Of a DNA stretch of 64,000 bases, positions 55,793 to 64,000 are shown one piece after another; position 1 is the stretch's first letter, and each line of letters opens with the position of its first letter. Source of the stretch: Eledone cirrhosa (taxonomy: Eukaryota); NCBI GenBank assembly GCA_964016885.1, contig OZ024749.1, forward strand, positions 50,654,001-50,718,000, in the 5' to 3' direction. The translations under genes were made by a program, and so were the position numbers. The notes below the pieces were generated by a model. That model was not told the DNA's origin. It saw only the letters and a list, made by a program, of their open reading frames with translations, and made no database searches.

Positions 55793-55878
55793 GGAGGGGG
55801 TGAGCTTATATATATATATATATGGTGGTAGTGGTGGTAGTGGTGGTACTGGTAGTAGTAGTAGTAGTAGTAGTAGTC

Positions 55879-55962
<84 letters not shown>

Positions 55963-56524
55963 ACAGCAGCACCAGCAGCAGCAGCAGCAGTAGTAGTAGC
56001 CGATGCCAATATATTTGAAGACAATGACGCGACTACATAGAAACGTGGTGAATATGATGACGTTGCTTATGGTTGTGATAAAATGAAACACTCTCGCTAT
56101 TATTGCTGCTTATTTCATACACAACTGCCATCTTTCTTTTGGTGTCCAGAAATGATGACGATGGTTATTATGACGACGAGGAAGAGAAGGGGATGGTGTT
56201 GGAAGAAAAATATGAGGCTGAAGCGGATTACACTTTATTGGACTAGATAGTAAAAATGACCAGTCAGTTTGTACTATAAGATTCAAAGAAAGTAGAGTCG
56301 TCTGAGTAAAATACGATAAATATAGCGTGATGCTTGATCATATCCAAACTGTTATATACACAATTCTATAAACATTCGGATAAAGAAGACTAAAATGGCA
56401 ACGTCGAGGAATAAGGAATAATACCGCTAAAAATAATAATGGCATAAAGTTAACATCATCTTTAAACTATAGTTACATTACTCTTCTTTAAATCATTTTC
56501 TCCTATTCTTTTTCTTTTCCTCTC

Positions 56525-56627
<103 letters not shown>

Positions 56628-56646
56628 TTATACATATATATATTTA

Positions 56647-56689
<43 letters not shown>

Positions 56690-56796
56690 TTATACATATA
56701 TATATATATTTATCTGTATATACATATATATATATTTCTATCTTTCGGTATTTTAATTTATCTTGCCCCCTCTGTTTCTCTCTGCCTCTCTCTCTC

Positions 56797-56858
<62 letters not shown>

Positions 56859-57014
56859 TCTCTCCTTCTCTCTCTCTCTCTCTATCTAACTATCTCTGTT
56901 TCCCTAGTTGTCTCACTGTCTCTTCCTCTCTCTCTCTCTCCCTATGTTTGTGTTGCATTCAAAAATAGAAAACCTAATTTCCCCTCCGCATGAGTAAATA
57001 TGTGACTGAGTATA

Positions 57015-57065
<51 letters not shown>

Positions 57066-57172
57066 TATACATATACATATATATATACATATATATATAT
57101 ATACATATATATATATATGCATGTATGTATATTTATGTATATATATATACATATATATTATATATGTATGTG

Positions 57173-57212
<40 letters not shown>

Positions 57213-57254
57213 TGTATGTATGTATGTATGTATATGTGTATGTGTATGTATATG

Positions 57255-57346
<92 letters not shown>

Positions 57347-57762
57347 TATGTATGTGTGAGTTGGTGTCTGTGTCTATATTTATGTATATGTCTGTGTCTG
57401 TGTGTGAGTGTGTGTCTGTGACTGTGTATGAATATGTATCTGTGTGTGTATGTCTATGTGTTTGTCCACATTTGAGTGACAATACATGAAGATCTGCATT
57501 TATATAAACATACTACAACTATATATTCACCTGTCCAACTTTTGTGCATTAACGTTCTTTCCAAGTAAATTTGGCGCCAATGTTCCAAAATACATTTTCT
57601 TCACTCAATAGATTTGATATAACTGAGAATCTATTTTGGTGTTAGCTGTATCACAAATTTTCCTCTTTGTCATTATTCGAATTATTCCTGCCTCTAAATT
57701 GTTCTTGTTGTGGTTGTTGTTAGTTTGTTTGTTTGTTATTGATATTGTTGTGGATGGGCAAA

Positions 57763-58836
57763 GGGGCTGTGGATGGGCAGTATCGGTAGAGGGTCGGATG
57801 CCATGCTTAGCAGCATAGAGTTACGGCCCTTTATGATATGAGTTCAAATCACGCAAATGTTAACTTTGCCTTTCATCCTTTCGGTGTCTATAAAATAAAG
57901 TACCAGTAATACACTGGGAATAATTGCTGGCCTTGTGCCAAAAGTAGAAACAATTATTATTTGATAAGGGGAGTGGATTAGCAGTATCGGTAGTGGGTCG
58001 GATGCCATGTTTTGCAGCATAAAGTTAAGGCCCTTTTATGATCTGAGTTCAAATCCCGCCGAGGTTAACTTTACTTTCATCCGTACGGGGTCGATAAAAT
58101 AAAGTACCAGTCATGCACTTTAATTGACTTGCTCCTCCCCCAAAATTGCTGGCCTTGTGCTTATATAAGAAACTATTATTACTTGATAAGGGCGATGGTT
58201 TAGCAGTATCGGTAAAACGTTCGAAAACGATAAAATAAAATACCAGTAATACACTGGGATAATTGCTGGCCTTGTGCCAAAAGTAGAAACAATTATTATT
58301 ACTTCGTAGGATTGACAGTACAAGTAGAGTGTTGGACGCCATGCTTTGCAGCATAGAGTTACGTCCCTTTATGGTGGGAGTTCAAATCCCGCCGAGGTTA
58401 ACTTTGCCTTTCATCCTTACGGGGTCGATAAAATAAAGTACCAGTAATGTACTGGAATAATTGCTGGCCTTGCGCCAAAAGTAGAAACAATTATTATTAT
58501 TATCATTTTTATTATTATGACCAGGGCAAAGTAGATCTGTGGATTGGCAGTATCGGTAGAGCGTCGGACAAAATGGGATAATTGCTGGCCCTGTGCCAAA
58601 AGTAGAAACAATTATTATTACTTGGTAATATTTATGTAATATTTATGTACGGCGGTGGATTGGCAGTATCGGTAGAGGGTCGGACGCCATGCTATCCAGC
58701 ATAGTTACGTCCCTTTACGATCTGAGTTCAAATCCCGCCGAGGTTGACTTTGCCTTTCATCCTTACGGGGTCGATAAAATAAAGTACCAGTAATGAACTG
58801 GGTTATTGCTGGCCTTGTGCCTAAAGTAGAAACAAA
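57763..58836 (+). mobile_element. Head-to-tail cluster of six SINE copies
   Basis: Copies start at ~57763, 57967, 58189 (internal deletion), 58309, 58539 (internal deletion) and 58651. The last copy has TSD AATATTTATGTA. Confidence 0.9.
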
Positions 58837-59063
58837 TATTTATGTATATATTCATACTTAGTATGCAACGAGCAGTTGGAGATGTTATGGCCGACGATGT
58901 CATTGTACAGGTTTTACATTATGGATCCGAGGTAAGTTGCCATTTTGTTCGGATTGAGTTCAGCATGCCTAAAGCTTTCTGGATTCAAGCCGAAACCGCT
59001 TGATGTCTTGGTCGGGTCTCTACCTTCCCTGTATACACACTCAGCTTCTTCCCATGTATAGAG

Positions 59064-59150
<87 letters not shown>

Positions 59151-59727
59151 TCATATATATACAAACATACATGCATACATAAATATATGTGGGTGTATGT
59201 CTATAGATATAAAAAGTATATATATATATATATATGTATATGTGTATATCTGTGTCTGTGTATGTATATGAATGTGTGTGCAGGAGAGTGTCTATGTGTA
59301 AGCATGGTTTTGTGTGGGTCGGTTTTTATCAGGATACAAAGATATATAGAAATCAATAAGTTCATGCTCTCTCAAGCCCCCGCTCTTTCATATTCCTTCT
59401 TTATTTCATTACTGTTGTTCTTTCTTTCCACCAGAAATTATACATATATTATATCACCGTAGGTAAAACTGTCAACGAGTACTTTCCACTTAGCTCCCAA
59501 ATGGAATATGAACTGAAACAAAAAAAAAAAAAATAATTCATGAGATCGCTTATATATATGTATATATATATATATGTGTGTGGGGGGGGATGTGTGTGTG
59601 TGTGTGTGCGTGTGTGTGGATTTATGTATATCCCCTGTCTACACACACAAACACACACACATATATATATATATGTCAGCGTGTGTGTGATGTATATTTG
59701 AATATATATATATATTCATATATATTC

Positions 59728-59868
<141 letters not shown>

Positions 59869-59990
59869 CATATATATATATGTTATATATATATGTATAA
59901 CGATATAGACAGGCGATATACATAAGTATATATATTTATATATATATGTGTGGTGCATGTGTGTTGTCTCTCTCTATCTCTATCTGCCTA

Positions 59991-60027
<37 letters not shown>

Positions 60028-60052
60028 CTCTCTCTCTCTATCTGTATCTCTG

Positions 60053-60247
<195 letters not shown>

Positions 60248-60258
60248 TACTATATATA

Positions 60259-60289
<31 letters not shown>

Positions 60290-60303
60290 CATTACTATAT
60301 ATA

Positions 60304-60334
<31 letters not shown>

Positions 60335-60340
60335 GTAATG

Positions 60341-60371
<31 letters not shown>

Positions 60372-60373
60372 GT

Positions 60374-60404
<31 letters not shown>

Positions 60405-61379
60405 TACTTCATAATAACCATAATAACCATCAAAGAAATATGCCAAGCCTTGGAATTACTTAATTACCATTTGACGTTACATAGAAAAACTCTGTCCATT
60501 TCTGTTCCTATTGCTCCTCGATGGTTTCCATATTTAGACTGCCGTATATAAAATTAAAACAGAATATTATATTTATATCATGTTAAATTGGGATGGAATA
60601 ATTAGTGGAAAAGCCAAATTTACATTTAAAAAAAAAAAAACCTAAATGAAGATTTCTTTAATTGATATGAGGAATTCTCAAAGTTTTATTACAGACCAAA
60701 TCTGAAATAATTTCAAACAATAACCTCAATCAAACAAAAGACATAAAATATCTAATAACTTAATGCATCATATTGATTTATTATATTGCTGGAGAATTTT
60801 GAAGAATGTTTCAGGAGAATAAATCTTGATTCATCGTTAACAGTGTATATGCACCTTGAAAATGTCGGTTTGGAACACAGCTCTGGGCCATGTTTTATAC
60901 AGAAGATCAATAGGAAACCGTACATCAAGTCTCTTTACTCCAGGACATCAATGTTGTCGAGAAAGAAGCAATAATTACACAGCGTGTCGCAGATGTCACT
61001 GAAGGCCGGATTAGAACGTAAATAGCCGGAAGAACTACCACAAATAGTTTGGCTCAGGTTCTAGCAGACAGAATATTTGGCAGTTAAAATTTAAAGAGAT
61101 TTACTGTTACAACCGATCATCACAACACCGTTTATTATCATAGTAATTCCTATCTTGACATCCCTGTCTTTATAGATGATGAAAGGTATTTTGGGGTAGA
61201 TTTGGGCACCATATCTGGCATGATGAGTGACCCCGTAGAGGCACCTTGGTTAACTTTCTTTCAGAATAGTTCTGTGACAGATAAAGGATTTTCGACATAC
61301 GTACAAATACGTTAATCTGTGAAGATGAATTAAAATCAAATTCACATATCATATTGAAATCGTTTGTTATAAAGCAGAA

Positions 61380-61604
61380 GCCAGTGGACTAATAGATCGA
61401 TAGAGCATCGAATAGCATGTTATAGTAACGGCCCTTTATAATCTGAGTGCAAATTCTGCCAAGGTTAGCTCGCTTTACTTTTCATCCTTATGAGGTCGAT
61501 AAAATAAGGTATTAGTAAGGCACAGATTTGAACTCAGACCGTAAAGGACCCTAACTCTATGCTGCAAAGCATGTTGTCCGACTCTCTACCGATACTGCCA
61601 ATCC
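61380..61604. mobile_element. Two SINE pieces in opposite orientation
   Basis: A diverged plus-strand copy at ~61380-61525 is directly followed by a minus-strand SINE head at 61526-61604. Confidence 0.75.
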
Positions 61605-61609
61605 AAATA

Positions 61610-61825
61610 TATCTTAGCGTTGAGAGCTAGCTGATGTGGTTGGTACCAAGAAGAGAAAGTGACAAGTTCGTCTCGGCAGAATTTAAATCCATGTTACGAA
61701 CAACGAGAGAAATAATAGATACATCTTAGCGTAGAGAGCTACCTGATGTGATTGACTCCAAAGAGAGAGGATGAGACAAGTTCGTCTCGACAGAATTTAA
61801 ATCCATGTTACAAAGAACAAGAACA
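61610..61825. repeat. Tandem duplication, ~112-bp period
   Basis: ATCTTAGCGT.GAGAGCTA.CTGATGTG and GACAAGTTCGTCTCG.CAGAATTTAAATCCATGTTAC each occur twice. Confidence 0.8.
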
Positions 61826-62552
61826 ATATTGCTCTGGAAAATTCTACCAGCTTTAGCAAACAATTGATCTAACGTAATTCAGGGCTTTAGCGGTCTTTCT
61901 TTGTTATTTTCACCAATATGACCTATGTTATATTGAGACGGATGGTGAATTTTGAGGGATATTCACTACAATTTCTAGTAGATTACTTTACCGCATAGAG
62001 GTTCTAGATTTGTACATATATTCAATAAGTATTTTGAACAGAATTTACTTTCTTGAAACATTTTATGAGAAAAAAATGGACAATTAAGAAAAAGAAAAAA
62101 TTCCTCGAATTATAATATCTACGTTTATCTTAATTTCGTCCGTTATAAATCATTATTTTTCTAACTAATTAGGTGATCTATCGATACTTGACGTGTTGGA
62201 AAAATATTTCTTACAAAATCACATCAATAATAGTTTAAAAGAAATCAAACTTGTATACGTGATTGTACGAATGTTGGACTACGTCTTTGTTGAAGGGAAG
62301 GTGGATGACGTATGTGATGAAGTGTGTCTTAGGCACAGATACACAAACAATTATGTCTTTATATATATACACATACATACACATATACATACACACATAC
62401 ATAAATTGATATCTGATCATATATATACACATTTACATGCATACACTTTCATATGTATGTATATATGTGTGTGTGAGCCTTTGTGTTTTAGCGTTTGCGC
62501 GTGTCTTTGTGAATGATTCTGTATGCTTACGTGTGTATATACATATATATAC

Positions 62553-62631
<79 letters not shown>

Positions 62632-62668
62632 GTATATGCATATATATATATATATATATGTATGTATA

Positions 62669-62725
<57 letters not shown>

Positions 62726-62751
62726 ATGTGTGTATGTATACATATATATAT

Positions 62752-62795
<44 letters not shown>

Positions 62796-62839
62796 ATACA
62801 TACATATACACATATATATACATATATATACGTACATTC

Positions 62840-62870
<31 letters not shown>

Positions 62871-62919
62871 CTTCTAATACTACCTCATTACACACACGTA
62901 TATATGTATACATACATAT

Positions 62920-62950
<31 letters not shown>

Positions 62951-63040
62951 AATGCATACATATACATACATATACTTCTAATATTACGTCATTACACACA
63001 CGTGTATATGTATATATTATATATATATTATATTTGTGTC

Positions 63041-63091
<51 letters not shown>

Positions 63092-63371
63092 TGTAGTGAG
63101 TCCGTGTGTGTGTATGTGTGTGTATGTGTGTGTGTCTGTGTGTGTGTCAGTGTGCGAGTGTGCATCATACTAAACACCCCATTATTATACTAGGATAATT
63201 GAAGAAGACACAATATACGTGTGTTTGTTATTTTTTTTGTTTATCTTATTTTGTATAAATGTCTATTGTTTTCTTTCTCACACTCTTGTTATTGTTTTGA
63301 TGTGTGTGTGTTTTTGGCTAAATAGATTTATTTCCATCAATATACTGAGCCAGTGTTTGTTTCGTATTATA

Positions 63372-63416
<45 letters not shown>

Positions 63417-63423
63417 ATCCATA

Positions 63424-63496
<73 letters not shown>

Positions 63497-63519
63497 ATGT
63501 ATCCATATATATATATATA

Positions 63520-63581
<62 letters not shown>

Positions 63582-63641
63582 TATATATATGAGTGTATAA
63601 ATATATATATATGTATAAAAATATATAATGTATATATATAT

Positions 63642-63679
<38 letters not shown>

Positions 63680-64000
63680 GTATAACGGCTGGTTTGCTAT
63701 ACTAGATATCTTAAGCATAATAGTATAACTTGTGAATTGAAAAAACTACAATTATTTTTGTTTAAAATGTTGAATAGACGGAGGGCCATTCGATCAAATA
63801 TCTTTCCAAATATATAATCATATATATGTTTTTCTGTATCACACGGTATATTTTGTTTATGTAATCTCTGTCTCTCTCCCTCTCTTTCTCTCTCTCGCTA
63901 TCTATCTATCTATCTCTCTCTCTATCTATATATATATCTCTCTATCTATCTATCTATCTATCTTTCTATCAATCTATCTCTCCCTCCCTCTCTCTCTCTT

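Noticed and set aside
58888-59015. GAAAC...GTC motif with a possible stem I near (TA)n
   Set aside because: No recognisable CUGANGA core.

Overview
This is AT-rich, microsatellite-saturated eukaryotic non-coding DNA. The repeat families look like those of an octopus/cephalopod genome, which is my recognition of them and not a database result. No host protein-coding exon could be supported, and nearly all ORFs in the track are translations of (TA)n, (CA)n or trinucleotide repeats. The window holds about 18 copies or fragments of a tRNA-derived SINE, many with target-site duplications, including a six-copy tandem pile. It also holds a 5'-truncated R4/Dong-type REL-endonuclease LINE in (AAT)n, the 3' end of a Tx1/L1-like LINE, a decayed RTE LINE, mariner/hAT-type MITEs and an intron-containing tRNA-Tyr pseudogene. 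The main signal is a dense set of short non-coding cassettes inserted in (TA)n tracts. About 20 of them, from at least 10 unrelated sequence families, carry complete or partial type I hammerhead-ribozyme motifs (CUGANGA...GAAA...NUH). Many are fold-back palindromes whose symmetry axis lies in or next to the ribozyme. One 0.9-kb element has a repeat-body-ribozyme-repeat layout like a retrozyme. These are best read as Penelope-like or retrozyme-like RNA-mediated elements that target (TA)n.
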